64,000 nt of DNA from Perkinsela sp. CCAP 1560/9 (taxonomy: Eukaryota; Protista; Euglenozoa: Kinetoplastea). Below the pieces are notes generated by a model, which saw only the letters and a list, made by a program, of their open reading frames with translations, was not told the origin of the DNA and searched no databases. A program made the translations under genes and the position numbers. This document shows positions 42,926-54,639 of this stretch, piece after piece (positions within the stretch are counted from its first letter, which is position 1; each line of letters begins with the position of its first letter). Location of the stretch: the NCBI GenBank assembly GCA_965644495.1, contig CBFFSA010000001.1, positions 1,178,001 to 1,242,000 on the forward strand, written 5' to 3'.

Positions 42926-44002
42926 CAGGGTTCGCAGAAACTATAAAACTATCAATATAGTACTATATAGTTACTATAAACTTTTTTCGAAAACTATAAA
43001 AAACTATATTTTTTTGTTTCACATTTTAAGCACTCCGAAGCTCACCAACACGCCATAAATACACGGCGAATTCATTTGTGTACGATTTTTCTTATTTTTA
43101 AACCCGAAAATTGATGCCCGAAACTAAAGTTACGAGGGGTAGTTTCTGCAAAGATTATTTTATTGAACTGCTGCACACGGAGGGAAGTAAACAAGCGGTT
43201 GAATGTAACTTGTGTCAGGAGGGGACGTACCCCAGTCCCATCACGTGGCCTTGACAGATTGCCTTGTGCGAATCTTGCGTCCCGAACATCTTCTCACTGC
43301 ATCGCTGTCGCCGCGCGTTGGCTGGAGCCACCGACGTTATGTCTTGGGACTGAATAATTGCTGCTCACAATTCTATGAGTTTGAATAAATACAATCATAT
43401 GAGTCTGAATAAACTACGCGGTGTGTTGTCGAGTGGAGAGTTTGTACTTCCTATCGTCACTCCTTTCGCATGCGTTTCATTGCTATTTCCGAGGAGATGA
43501 CACACTAGTTGATGATATTTTTCGGCGGTGATGGAATCGCGGGGAAGAGGGAGGATGTTTCGATAGCTATGTAACCCAAGATAAAGTGGACGAGGGAGGT
43601 TCTAAAAGCACCTTTAAACCACCACAAAAATAGAATGATATCTCCCGGTTTGGAAAGGATTCCGACGTACCAAAAGAATCTTTAAGGGACATACCCTTCC
43701 ATTTTTATGGTGGTTTGCCAAAGGTGCTTTTAGTATCTCCCTCGTCCACTTTAGCTTGGGTCACATTTTTTTCAGAATTTCTTGTCATATCATACGCATG
43801 TAAGCGTGTAAGAACGCATGTAGAGGCGTGTGCATGTCCTTCACAAGCGGAGAGGACTCAAAAAATATCACTTGTAAGGTGAAAAAACCTTTATAGTTTT
43901 CTTATAGTTTTATAGTAAAATATAGTAAATATAGTACTATATAGTAACTATATTCAATGAAAAAAACTATATTTTACTATATTATAGTTTCTGCGAACCC
44001 TG
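42926..44002. mobile_element. hAT-type non-autonomous element, 1077 bp
   Basis: Perfect 21-bp TIR CAGGGTTCGCAGAAACTATAA. Exact 8-bp TSD CTATTTTG (42918-42925 and 44003-44010). ACTATA/TATAGT subterminal repeats. Confidence 0.95.
43569..43766. repeat. ~200-bp foldback inverted repeat inside the hAT element
   Basis: ATGTAACCCAAGATAAAGTGGACGAGGGAG... pairs with ...CTCCCTCGTCCACTTTAGCTTGGGTCACAT over more than 65 bp. Confidence 0.9.
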
Positions 44003-44882
44003 CTATTTTGTTGAAATTTTTCAAGGCCTGGGCGCTCGGGTAATACAGAAAATCGAGCTAAATTTGTCCAGCCTTATTGGCAATAAGACCTTGTACTACT
44101 TACAAGGAGGTGGAGGCCGGAAAACGATTTCTGAATGCCGGCTCTATATGAAATATGATTCTTTGGCTTCAAGGCCATGACTTCGGGAACAGATCAGTTT
44201 GTCCACGTTGTAAATTCAGACCTCTCGGCAGAGTTTGCTACAGACGATTGGCAGATGGAAGCAAGTGCCAATTAAAATTTCCGCAGTATGGTCATTTCTT
44301 CACGCATGAGCGGGTCTGATCCATACACGTCGTCGTTAGTGGAATGCAATTTGCGAAACCCCGTTTACCAACAACCACCTCTTTTTAACGAAGCAGCTAC
44401 CAGACCGACATTGAGCTACATACATAAATATACATTTGTATATTTTGTAAATGTGTTCCGAAATATCAGTTGCGAATCATGGACAAATTTCCCCCAGACG
44501 ACGAATAATGACTCAAAAGACCTTGAAATGTATTATTTTTCGATAAAGGATGCGTGATACCTCGACTTTGATTTGTACCTCGACCGCGCGATACCTCCAC
44601 TTTGATTGTTCAGAAAGGAGCAAAAGGCAGCCGCACCTTGAGCAAAGAGGGAATATCGAATTTTAAAGCCTTGCAAAACACTGGAGTTTTTGAGAAGATA
44701 CCGTTTCTGTAAAAAGGTACCTTCTTTAAATGTTGGACACAACCCCGTAATGGGGAAGTAAGTTCGGAACCTCTTCCTGGTCCTAACAACATTCATAAAA
44801 AAGCTGTGTGGGATGACCATGCTAGTTGTAAATTACATTCTTGCATTGTAAACCACCCTTTCCTCTGTGTAACCACTATCAA

Positions 44883-45160
44883 CAAAGTGAAAAATTGATT
44901 ATACCCAAAAAAAATGTCACTTTACGGGAAAATTGAAAGTTACGCCCCCTCGCAAACGAGTACAATGGGGTTGTCATGGCAAAAAACATTTTTCCTGGGT
45001 AGAACTCTCCTAAAAACGCCGAATAACCGCTTTTTATACAGTTTCAAGCATTTTTGAGGTGCACAATACCGGGCAAAACAGGGTGAACGGGGGTGTACAA
45101 TATTGAAATGGCCAGTTTTAGAAAAAAAATATTTTTTGGGTATATTTCCATGTCACTTGA
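44883..45160. mobile_element. Degenerate inverted-repeat element
   Basis: AAGTGA...TATACCCAAAAAA at the left and TTTTTTGGGTATA...TCACTT at the right. No clear TSD. Confidence 0.4.
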
Positions 45161-45622
45161 CCCGAAAAACTTCCTTCTCGTCGAAAGGATGGACACGGGG
45201 GTAGGGGGCATACGCCAACAGATCTTCTAAACCACAGTCCGGTTTAACATTCCTGTAGCTAGATAACATTCCGAGGGGGAACGTTATGATGTCCCATGCG
45301 TTTTTTAACATCCTCCCCTTGAAAAAACTTCCAAATCTGTCTGTGAAGGGTCTGGCTTGCCAGGGACCATTCGGAGCAATCAGGAATGATTTGTATTTGG
45401 AGGTATCTCATCGTAAAAATATCATAGAATCGTATCTGGGCTTCCAAGCTCTCAGAATACGGTTTGGCAATCTGCTTTGAAAAAATTATTTTTTAACTTT
45501 TTTTGGGGGGAAACCTCAGAGAGCTGAGAATTATCGCTTGCTTGCGATCGCAATGTAGAAGAGATTTGTAGAAGTATTTTTTGTCTATTTATTATGCTCT
45601 TCATTGCTTTTAGTGTCCTTCA

Positions 45623-46468
45623 ATGCTATCCCTAGCCATTTGCGCTGATGAAGTGCCACCTATCAAACGACGCCGATTGGGTAAAGTATCTCACACAGTG
45701 CTGTCGCAAGATATGGAGCTCCACCGATTCGTTCAATACGTAAAAAACCGTCCACGAACATGGAAGGAATCGGTTTCAACATGTTCTTGGGCTGGAGTAA
45801 AGTGTAATAGTGAGCATGAACAGATTATTGCCCTGGACTGGCAACAATCGGGTCTTCGTGGAAACCTAAGTTGGTCATATCTCCCCTCTACCATTACTGA
45901 ACTCTACATTTGCAATCCGTGGACCTCTTTGGATTTTTTAGTAGGCGATATTGATTTTTCTGCAATTCCTAGTGCAACAGAAAAATTTTATGTTCAGAAC
46001 CATCATTTTACTACGCAGTCACTTGATTTCAGTTTTCTACCGAAATCTTTAAAAGAATTGGCAGCCGGAAAGAACCATCTCGGAGCAGGACATCCGGGAA
46101 ACCTTGTGCTTACGCGCCTTTCTCCTGTTCTAGAACTTCTGAATCTGGACTCCAACGCAATCTCTGGGAATGTGGACTTGACAAATCTGCCGATCTCACG
46201 CTTTCAGCTGTGCTTATCTAATAATGAACTTTCCGGAAATATCGACCTCAGTCACTTGCCACCAAACTTAGTTAGGTTGAATTTGGAGTCTAATCATTTT
46301 AGTGGAAATGTGACCATTGGCAATACCGCATGTGGGATTCATCGCATCCTTCTTCGTAATAATCATTTTGAACAGTTCGTTTATAACGGTACTGTTCCCC
46401 GCTACTTGTATAACTCTCAAGGGACTATCTTACAATGCAAGAGATGTCAATCCCGATGCGCATTATAA
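45623..46468 (+). CDS. LRR family protein inside the TE island
   Basis: Cap TCSWAGVKC, LRGNLSWSYLP and NELSGNIDLSHLP. Confidence 0.9.
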   Translation: MLSLAICADEVPPIKRRRLGKVSHTVLSQDMELHRFVQYVKNRPRTWKESVSTCSWAGVKCNSEHEQIIALDWQQSGLRGNLSWSYLPSTITELYICNPWTSLDFLVGDIDFSAIPSATEKFYVQNHHFTTQSLDFSFLPKSLKELAAGKNHLGAGHPGNLVLTRLSPVLELLNLDSNAISGNVDLTNLPISRFQLCLSNNELSGNIDLSHLPPNLVRLNLESNHFSGNVTIGNTACGIHRILLRNNHFEQFVYNGTVPRYLYNSQGTILQCKRCQSRCAL

Positions 46469-46723
46469 AAACTTGTTATCCAAGAAATGGGTACGAGTTT
46501 GTTACCTGATGAATGATTTTTCTAAAAGATGGCAAAAGAAAATACCCATAATAGAAGGAATTCTTCCTTTCTTGTATTTGTTTTATAAAACTTTTACAAT
46601 AATTATACAGTGGTCGTCACGCAGTTGACAGTGATTCACCGTGTACAGAGAAACACTGTGTAAGAGAAGACTTTGAGGTGGGGAATTCCCAAAAAATAAC
46701 CTATTTTTTTCTATTTACGGTTA

Positions 46724-47267
46724 CCGTAGAAACTTCAATTAAGGGTACAGTGCGCCCAGATAGTAAAGTTTTTTTAGTAGTTACCACCGATTTTGGGCAA
46801 CTACAAAAAGAAAATTACTATTTGGGAAAACCGTTTTTTGGGACTTTACTAACTGGGCGCACTGTAATTAAAATTAAGGCAACTTTAATTATGGCAGCTT
46901 TAATTAAGGCAATAATTAATTTTTAGTCATTTTGGGGGAAAAAATGGGAATACATGTAATTAATTTCATGATTCCGTCTCTTCTCCTTTCAATGATCGTT
47001 TTAGCTTTTCTCTCATACGTTGAACTGGTTGAAGACCGTAAAGGTAGGAGAAACAGGCGAATCTCGTCTAGAAAAGTTCGAAAAACATGAAAAATGATCG
47101 AAAACTAAGCACTTTGAGCAGAAATGTGATATTTATGCTACAAGATAAGAACTGTTTTGGGTTTTTATCAGCGCCACTTTAATTAAGGCAACTTTATTTA
47201 AGGCAATAATTAATTTTTAAATCCGTTCTGCCTTAATTACTTTTATCCTTAATAACCGTTTCACCGG
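46724..47267. mobile_element. Degenerate TA-flanked MITE with ATTAAGGCAA subterminal repeats
   Basis: TA|CCGTAGAAACTTCAATTAAGGG versus the reverse complement of the right end, TA|CCGGTGAAACGGTTATTAAGGA. Internal direct repeat at 46870-46925 / 47175-47220. Confidence 0.5.
46748..46864. mobile_element. 117-bp Tc1/mariner-type MITE
   Basis: TA|CAGTGCGCCCAGATAGTAAAGT ... ACTTTACTAACTGGGCGCACTG|TA (22-bp TIR, 1 mismatch). Confidence 0.88.
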
Positions 47268-47484
47268 TAATATCTAATTACGGTTGACCGATTTTGTAAT
47301 CTTTGCGTTAGTAATTTGAATTGTGTATATTTAGTTGGGAATATGAATACAAAACTCATATTTTATGTGTAGTACATTTCTTGTTTTTCTCGACTAAAAC
47401 GTAATGAAGAAATTTCGTAATGAGGTAATGCATGGTACCTCTCTGATAAAGTTCTTTCTAAAGTAAAATTGTATTTACTGTGTA

Positions 47485-47890
47485 CTCCCCTGGCCAAAAA
47501 TAAAGGAAAATGGATTTTGATTGATATTTTCCTTTTTCCTCTTTTTGTCCTTTATGGCGCCTCCGAAAAAGGCGCGAATCGAGCGTGCAAGTGGACGCCA
47601 AGCAATGGACAGTATGAAGATTTTGATGGCACTGGATGACCAATTTTTATCTTATTTATATCTTATTTTATCTGCTCACTCCTACGTAATACATTGTCAG
47701 ATTGTCTCCCCTTTACACCGAAATCATCTTGAACTTTCCCAGTACATGACGTTTTTATGACTCCGCTCCACAACTTCATCGCCATACTTCATATTTTCTC
47801 CACCCTGATCAAAAATAAAGGAAAATGAAACTAAAAAAATGAATTTTCCTTTTCTGAATTTAAATTTTCCTTTATTTTTGACAGGCGGAA
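47485..47890. mobile_element. Degenerate Tc1-like element
   Basis: TA|CTCCCCTGGCCAAAAATAAAGGAAAA at the left and inverted TTTTCCTTTATTTTTGACAGG at the right. Internal ATG gives MAPPKKAR. Confidence 0.5.
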
Positions 47891-48480
47891 CAGTGTAATT
47901 GTACTGTATAGTGTATTTAATTGAGGGTGGAAAACTTTTCACCCTCGATCTGAAAGATTGCGAAATTTTACCCCGAATTTGGGCCATTTTTGATGCCATA
48001 CCACTAGAGGTAGGAGGCGAATCTGTCGAAAAAAAACGTCGTAGAATGGTAGCTGAGGTCCCAAACTCTTAAAATACGTTCTAGGAATCGATTTTGGAAA
48101 TATAATATTTTAATTTTTTTTGGTCATCCCAAAACTTTCGGAAATTTTGACCTCGTCGGACCCCTCCTGCGCGTACCAGGGGGGTCACCCCCAGGTGGGG
48201 GGGGGATCATCGCCGCGGTATACTCTAACACTTCCCTGCGCTCGATTTTGAAAAATAAAAAATTTGAAGAAAAAAAAGATCGCGACGTATGCTCCTCCCT
48301 TGGACCCCCCCTAGACCCTCCATTTTTTTCTATTTTTCAGTTTTGGACCACCGGATCCCCCTTTTATATTTTTTTCTTCAATTATATTACTGTGTTCCTC
48401 TTTATATTTTCACTGTTTTGGTTCACTTTTTTTTCAATAATCGAGGGTAGAGCGGTAGTTATACAACCACCGCAACACTA

Positions 48481-48538
48481 CCCCCCCCCTCACTTATAGT
48501 GCCGTTTGGTCGAAAACCGCGGCACTATAAGTGGGGGG
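48481..48538. repeat. Short hairpin or mini-MITE
   Basis: CCCCCTCACTTATAGTGCCG ... CGGCACTATAAGTGGGGGG, a perfect 14-bp core stem. Confidence 0.7.
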
Positions 48539-48658
48539 CACATTACATTATTTTGGTGCATTCTTAAAGTCGTTGACTTACATTCGCAATTTACCAACTG
48601 AAGTTAAGATGAAAGAAGCTTACATGAGGCATTCAAAGAATTGCCTTTATCATTGCAT

Positions 48659-50269
48659 ATGGAAGAACTGCTACTAAAGCGCCGCCGTGAGGCACTCAGC
48701 TTCTTGCGTGCATCAATCGCTTTATTAAGCGCCAAGGAAAGCTTAGATGCGGAACCTTTCGTTAAAATGCATGAGAGTGCCTTCAACAATGAATCGCCAG
48801 TTTTACCTAAAAGTGTACCCATATATTCAGCAGAGTCTTCCAACCAAGAAGATGGATACGCTGCACATCTGGCGTTTAAACATCTCCACAAAGCGCTAGA
48901 ATCTCTAAGCCTAATTTCTACGCTTGAAAAGTCACCTGTGTTTGTCGTAATGTACCTTGATATTTCTCGTCAGATAAACAGCATCGTAGATCGTCATTTA
49001 AAACATCACGATAATTCAAATGTGGGATTTACGAGTATCAAGGAATCTGGTCGAGGAGATAGGATTCTGTGTCAAGACATTGTGGTTGATGCTGAAAAGC
49101 GAGACGAATCTCACTGTATAGGTGATCTTGAAAAGTGTGTTCGGGAGATTTTAAACGGTGCAATATCGCCGAATAAAATAGAAACCTCGTGGTGTGATAT
49201 TGCTGGTCATATGCAGGCAAAAAATGAGCTTGCTGAATCTGTTCTTCTTCCTTTGCATTTCTCTGAACTTGTTAGCTTTGGTGCATGCGTGGTTCCAAGT
49301 GATAGAACTGAAGAATTCAACTCGAACACATGCACTTCCGGGTCTGGAGTTAGAATTAATAGCAGCAATTACTCGTCCTTGAGCAAATTATCGGGAAACA
49401 ATGTCACGAAATCTAATGTCAAATGCAAGACTTCGGTTCCGTCCTCTCTAAGTGACTATCGTCCTGCCCGTTCTATTCTGTTGTACGGTCCTCCCGGAAC
49501 TGGAAAAACTATGCTTGCGCTCGCTCTAGCTAAAGAAGCAAACATGACTCTTCTTTCCCTCACCGCGTCTGACTTTCTGAGTAAATGGTTGGGGGAATCT
49601 GAAAAAGGTGTGCGCGCCGCGTTTCTGGCACTTCGGCGAATTCCGCGTCCTATGATGTTTTTGGATGAAATTGATGCAATATTCTCCACCCGAGGAGGGT
49701 CCACAGCTTCAGATTCTGAAAGTTTCCGACGCGTGAAGACCGAGTTTCTTGTCCGATTGCAAAGTTTTTTAAATGAAGGTAGCATCGGGATATTTCTTGG
49801 GGCAACAAATTTACCATGGGAGCTTGATGCTGCCTTTCGTAGGCGATTCGAGTTGGTGGTTCATGTACCCCTACCGGATGCACACGCCCGGATAGAGTTT
49901 CTTCGTCGAAGGGCGCCTCATTTCACAGAGAAATGTCTCATAGAAGCGTCAGACTTACTTGAGGGATACAGTTTCTCCGATCTACGTACCGTTTGGCAGC
50001 ATGCATCAATGTCACCGATACGAGAGTGGAGTAGAGCTATTCTCTTAAACACTTTACAAGATAATGACCTTCCTTCAAACGAGAACGAGGTAGCTTCCAG
50101 AAATAGCACTAAGTCACATTTTAGAAATCGAATTAGTGACTCTTCAACAGATTTAAAATCTCGTCTTGTAACGGTGTCCGATATATTCCATTCAGTCAAA
50201 ACCCATCTTCCTAGCGTGGATCGAGACTTGGTTAATCAATATCTAGAGTGGCATTCTCATGTTCCCTAG
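48659..50269 (+). CDS. Meiotic-clade AAA+ ATPase (katanin p60/fidgetin/Vps4-like)
   Basis: WCDIAG, ILLYGPPGTGKT, LSKWLGESEK, FLDEID, RRVKTEFLV and GATNLPWELDAAFRRRF motifs. Confidence 0.92.
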   Translation: MEELLLKRRREALSFLRASIALLSAKESLDAEPFVKMHESAFNNESPVLPKSVPIYSAESSNQEDGYAAHLAFKHLHKALESLSLISTLEKSPVFVVMYLDISRQINSIVDRHLKHHDNSNVGFTSIKESGRGDRILCQDIVVDAEKRDESHCIGDLEKCVREILNGAISPNKIETSWCDIAGHMQAKNELAESVLLPLHFSELVSFGACVVPSDRTEEFNSNTCTSGSGVRINSSNYSSLSKLSGNNVTKSNVKCKTSVPSSLSDYRPARSILLYGPPGTGKTMLALALAKEANMTLLSLTASDFLSKWLGESEKGVRAAFLALRRIPRPMMFLDEIDAIFSTRGGSTASDSESFRRVKTEFLVRLQSFLNEGSIGIFLGATNLPWELDAAFRRRFELVVHVPLPDAHARIEFLRRRAPHFTEKCLIEASDLLEGYSFSDLRTVWQHASMSPIREWSRAILLNTLQDNDLPSNENEVASRNSTKSHFRNRISDSSTDLKSRLVTVSDIFHSVKTHLPSVDRDLVNQYLEWHSHVP

Positions 50270-50564
50270 AATGTGGATGATATTATCTTTTATCAGTATT
50301 CTCTTGCTACTAACTTATCCTCATTTGCTTTCTTTACTTTTTACTTGATCTTGCTTTACGCCTAACAGATTTACTGATTGTGCGACAATTCGAAAAGTTG
50401 AACAATAAAAAGTCACTGGTTTTTGCCAGCACTAGAACAAAAGAATGAATTCTATGGATACACATAGAAAAATACAAAATATTTCGCCTTGGACATCAAA
50501 ACAGCGCAGCATAGTTCGAGACATCGTTTTCCTACTCTTTTATTATTGTATCCTTACATTTCGC

Positions 50565-51227
50565 ATGTTATCTCCGCAAATGCGTCGTTTCATCTCTGGA
50601 AGAAGTTTGCACCGTTTCTCAATTGCTTCCACGCTCATTTCTAGCCACAACGATCAACACGCACAGCGACGGTACTTCTTTGGTAAGGGTTGGGACAACG
50701 CTGCGATGGAAACCGTTTATCGAGCCATACTACGCCGTGAGGGAATCCGTCAAGAACTTGCACAGTGGCTTGCGAAGAGTGTTGACAGTCGCACCCTTGA
50801 GGTGATTCGCCTCAAAGGAGAGGTGGCGCGACAGAAACATGTACCCATGTCTGTTTTTCTCCCCCCTCACCTTGGGGACCCGCACCGCGTGCTCAAGGCC
50901 TACGCCCTCACCTCTTATCCTATTCTTGACGAGAGTGGGCAGCAGAGTACCACTCAGGTGGATGATCAGGAGTACCCGCTGTTCGCGGATCCCGATGATG
51001 AGTACTCAAAGGTAGTACTTCCGAACCTGGATCTGGTCAAGATGCTGGCGGAGGAGTTGCTAAAGACTCTCGGCTGGGAAGTCTCTCCCCGGGGTGCGGC
51101 TTCCTTGATGGAATCTATGTTTCGTGGAGCAGAGATTCCCGATGCGGTTTTTGAGACGCCAAAGGTGTTAGACAGTATCGAGGTGATGACAAAACAGCTT
51201 GGCCTGGAAGCAAAACACAACAAATAG
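50565..51227 (+). CDS. Kinetoplastid cytochrome c oxidase subunit V-like protein
   Basis: Mitochondrial presequence followed by FFGKGWDNAA, VFLPPHLGDPHR, FADPDDEY and PRGAASL.ES..RGAEIPD. Recalled from trypanosomatid COX V; not verified by search. Confidence 0.65.
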   Translation: MLSPQMRRFISGRSLHRFSIASTLISSHNDQHAQRRYFFGKGWDNAAMETVYRAILRREGIRQELAQWLAKSVDSRTLEVIRLKGEVARQKHVPMSVFLPPHLGDPHRVLKAYALTSYPILDESGQQSTTQVDDQEYPLFADPDDEYSKVVLPNLDLVKMLAEELLKTLGWEVSPRGAASLMESMFRGAEIPDAVFETPKVLDSIEVMTKQLGLEAKHNK

Positions 51228-51570
51228 AGGCATGCAAAATAACGAATGGTATTGAGATGTACGATTGGCTAAGCGAAATGTTTCGATCCCTTCTAAAAAT
51301 ACATATAGTTTTGAACCTATGAATAGTGAAACGTCAAGATTATCATACATTTTTTGTAGATGTACATTGTTTTTTTATTGGTAAGACAGTGGATCTATTT
51401 TTCTACTGATTTCTCTAAAAAATAGCATTGATCCTCCCACAGCTTTCGAAATACATGTATGTTTTAGAGTTTAGTGTAGTTATTCATGCGATCTATTCGT
51501 TACTTTGGACAATTCATTTTCTTAAATAGGTCGCTGAGGTCTTTTGGGTAGTTTTTGCTTTAAGCTTCAC

Positions 51571-52323
51571 ATGTTAGATAGCATTAAATTGTCCTGCCTG
51601 CGAACGTGTGATGATTCTGTTCCAGAACTGCCCTCCCCTATGCCTTCGGTTCGTCGGGCAAAGTCTCATGGCGTCCCATTTCCTCAGGAATACCTTCTAG
51701 ATCAATTTCTTCGAAATGTCAGTAACCGACATGACACATGGGACACTCATGTTGCAGCGTGTAATTGGACTGGGGTGGAGTGTGATGGCACGAAACAGGT
51801 TGCACGCATACAGTGGGCAGAGCATCAGATTGGAGGATACCTAGTATGGGAACACTTACCCGCGTCACTCACAGACCTCATCCTTTCACATAATCTTTTG
51901 GTTGGGAGCATTAGTCTGGGCTCTTTACCTCGCGAACTCCAGTGCTTAGATGTGTGTCATAATCATCTAACAGGTTGGCTGGACCTTATCTTGCTTCCCT
52001 ACGCCATTGAAAAACTTGACGTTTCGCACAATGCCTTTTCAGGGTCTTTGAGTCTTGTTGGTCTCCCTGCGAAGTTGCGATGCTTAAACTTCTCAGACAA
52101 TCGTTTCAGTAAAGAGGTGGATCTTTCTAGTTTACCGGACAAACTGGAGTGCTTGTGTTTGCAGAATAACGAGGACCTTTTTGGAGAGGCATTCTATGAC
52201 TATCTTCCTGCCACATTAAGCGATATGTCTTGGGATAGTGGAATCCAGGATGATTTTGAAGCAACTTACATAAAAATATGTGAATATCGAAGTAAACGTC
52301 AAGAAGGAAAGGAAGCAACGTAA
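51571..52323 (+). CDS. LRR family protein
   Basis: Cap ACNWTGVEC and repeats such as NAFSGSLSLVGLP. First ATG at 51571. Confidence 0.9.
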   Translation: MLDSIKLSCLRTCDDSVPELPSPMPSVRRAKSHGVPFPQEYLLDQFLRNVSNRHDTWDTHVAACNWTGVECDGTKQVARIQWAEHQIGGYLVWEHLPASLTDLILSHNLLVGSISLGSLPRELQCLDVCHNHLTGWLDLILLPYAIEKLDVSHNAFSGSLSLVGLPAKLRCLNFSDNRFSKEVDLSSLPDKLECLCLQNNEDLFGEAFYDYLPATLSDMSWDSGIQDDFEATYIKICEYRSKRQEGKEAT

Positions 52324-52613
52324 ATGAAAAGCGGAAATCATTACGACGCGGAAAGTAGATGAGATGTGTGAATCTTTTTAACGTCTTATATTTCATGAAA
52401 ATGGCCTAGAAATGTTTATACTATACAAGAATAACTCGTATCTCATGCAGACATGAGTCAATGTTGGCATTTACATTTTTTCTTAAGTGGATAGCGAAAA
52501 TTCGATTTTTGGGGTCTTTTTACCGTTTCGCAGGAATAACCCCAGAAATTCTTGTTTTTAATTTTTTTTTAAGTGCTAAAATACACAACATTGCTTGCAT
52601 ATTCTTTCAGTTT

Positions 52614-53342
52614 ATGCTTATTATTGTCTTCGCGCAGTCGAGAGATGCACTTTCCAAAAGGTGTAGGGCTGGAAAAGTTCGAGGTTCAGATTTGCCTCCG
52701 GAATACGATTTATTGAATTTTATTAGCCAAGTCCAGCGACCAGATCCGAGTTGGAACTCGAGCACTTCGGCTTGCACATGGAAAGGTATCACATGCAGTA
52801 CCAATGCACAAGTACGTGCTCTTCGGTGGGTGGGAGCATCCTTGTGTGGTACTTTGCAATGGAAATATCTCCCCAAGACCACCGAAATCATGGAGGCGAA
52901 CGGGTGTGATCTCCAAGGAAATGTTGATGTTACGGTTTTGCCTCAGGTGCTAAATTTTTTCTGCATTCGCAAAAACTTTTTTCAGCAAGGAATAGAGTTT
53001 CGTCATTTGCCTCAGCGGCTTTCTTCCTTTGATGTAATGCGAAATGTACTTTCGGGTGAGGCTGATTTGACGTTGTTGCCAAGAGATATACGCACCCTCA
53101 GTATTGCACTTAATGCGTTCTCAGGGCCGTTGGATTTAACGCATCTTCCGGCCTCTTTGCGAAGCATTTCTCTGGGAAATAATAATTTTACCGGTCACGT
53201 GGATCTCTCTATGCTTCCACCAACATTATACGAAATTTTTCTTATTAATAATTTTCGTCTTGAGGGCGAAGTTGAGATAAGTAAGCTACCCCAATCGGTG
53301 GCACTCTGGAACTGGAAGGGTACAAAAATACGATCCAAATAG
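52614..53342 (+). CDS. LRR family protein
   Basis: Cap ACTWKGITC and NAFSGPLDLTHLP. Family-like start at 52614; an upstream in-frame ATG lies at 52461. Confidence 0.9.
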   Translation: MLIIVFAQSRDALSKRCRAGKVRGSDLPPEYDLLNFISQVQRPDPSWNSSTSACTWKGITCSTNAQVRALRWVGASLCGTLQWKYLPKTTEIMEANGCDLQGNVDVTVLPQVLNFFCIRKNFFQQGIEFRHLPQRLSSFDVMRNVLSGEADLTLLPRDIRTLSIALNAFSGPLDLTHLPASLRSISLGNNNFTGHVDLSMLPPTLYEIFLINNFRLEGEVEISKLPQSVALWNWKGTKIRSK

Positions 53343-53506
53343 TCAACTACTTGCTCGGCTAGAGATGAACTGGAGGGTCTGTAAACGACCTTTTTGAGCT
53401 CACCAATTACGTCGTAAAAAGATACTACCAGCGACTGTCAGACACTGCTAGGAAATGGGTCTTTTTACATTACGCTTATAATGTTCATCTGTCTGTCTTA
53501 AGACTA

Positions 53507-54494
53507 CCGTTACCCCCCCTTGCTTTGCCTCCCCCCTTACTTCACCACATTTAGTCACTGGACGTGTGGGGAAGTAAGGGGGTGTCAGATTTTTCCCCAC
53601 ACTACTTACCACCTCTTTACACAGCCGGAGGGGTGCACTGCACTGCCGACCGTTACATCGGGGTAAGGCGAGGGTCTGCAAGGGGGGGGGGGGCACAGAT
53701 GGCGCACAAAGATCGATGCACAAAGGTTCTTGGTGCAACTTTCTTAGTGAAGACGACGCCGTCATACCGGGGCTTTAAAGCACAGTCCGGTTTAACGTTC
53801 CGGGGGGGAATGTCAACGGCTACAGGAATGCTACGTAGCTGCAGGAATGATAACTTTTGAAGATTGTCTTGGGTTCGTCGACGCAGCGGGTTGGTAGCAG
53901 CACGTTGTTGCCGCCTTGTACTAACGAAAACAGGTAGAGGACTTCGGCCTCGAAACTTCCAAATCCATCTGGCTTGCCAGTGACCAATCGGAGCAATCCG
54001 GAATGACTTAGATTCGTTGAACCATTTCTAATTCAGAACGGTTTTCTTCCATGTCAGTTTCATCATCGCTTTGGTCAGAAAGTTGCGCCACAGCGTCTTG
54101 TAGTTCTAAAATTTAAATTGGTGTTCAATAGGTTATATTCTGCGACATCATTTAAATTTTACGATGTCAGAAATTTTCATGGGGTGAATCTTAAAAACGC
54201 ATGGGACATCGTGGACAATCTAAAAGAAACATAAAATATAGAATGTGCAACACGAGGTATTACAACATTCAAGAAAAGGAAATTATGCTCAATGTCGATA
54301 GCATAGTGTACTTCAATAATTTGAGGATTTCCGAGAGAACTATAAATTGATCGAACTTTGAATCATTTATTCACCCCCCTTACTTCACCACCCCCCTTAC
54401 TTCACCACCCCCCTTACTTCACCACCCCCCTTACTTCACCACAAAGTACGGGTTTTGGACAAAAAAATGGGGGCTAAGTAAGGGGGGGATACGT
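53507..54494. mobile_element. TA-flanked non-autonomous element with 17-bp subterminal repeats
   Basis: TA|CCGTTACCCCCCCTTGCTT versus the reverse complement of the right end, TA|CGTATCCCCCCCTTACTT. The motif CCCCCCTTACTTCACCA occurs near both ends. Confidence 0.65.
54374..54441 (+). repeat. 4 x 17-bp tandem repeat CCCCCCTTACTTCACCA
   Basis: Four exact units. A fifth copy lies at ~53531-53547. Confidence 0.95.
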
Positions 54495-54639
54495 ACCAGC
54501 GGCGTCCAGATACTGCCTACACACTCTCCATTGACGACATTTCGCGACCATTCATTGTCTTCTTATAGCAATTTTGGTCTTCTTGTCCCAAATTTTTAGT
54601 TTACTCTTAAAGGACTGCACTTTTTCACCCGATCTAAAT

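Noticed and set aside
48226-48461. Inverted-repeat element (TAAC...CTCGATT.TGAAAAA)
   Set aside because: The match is weak, A/T-rich and has no clear TSD.
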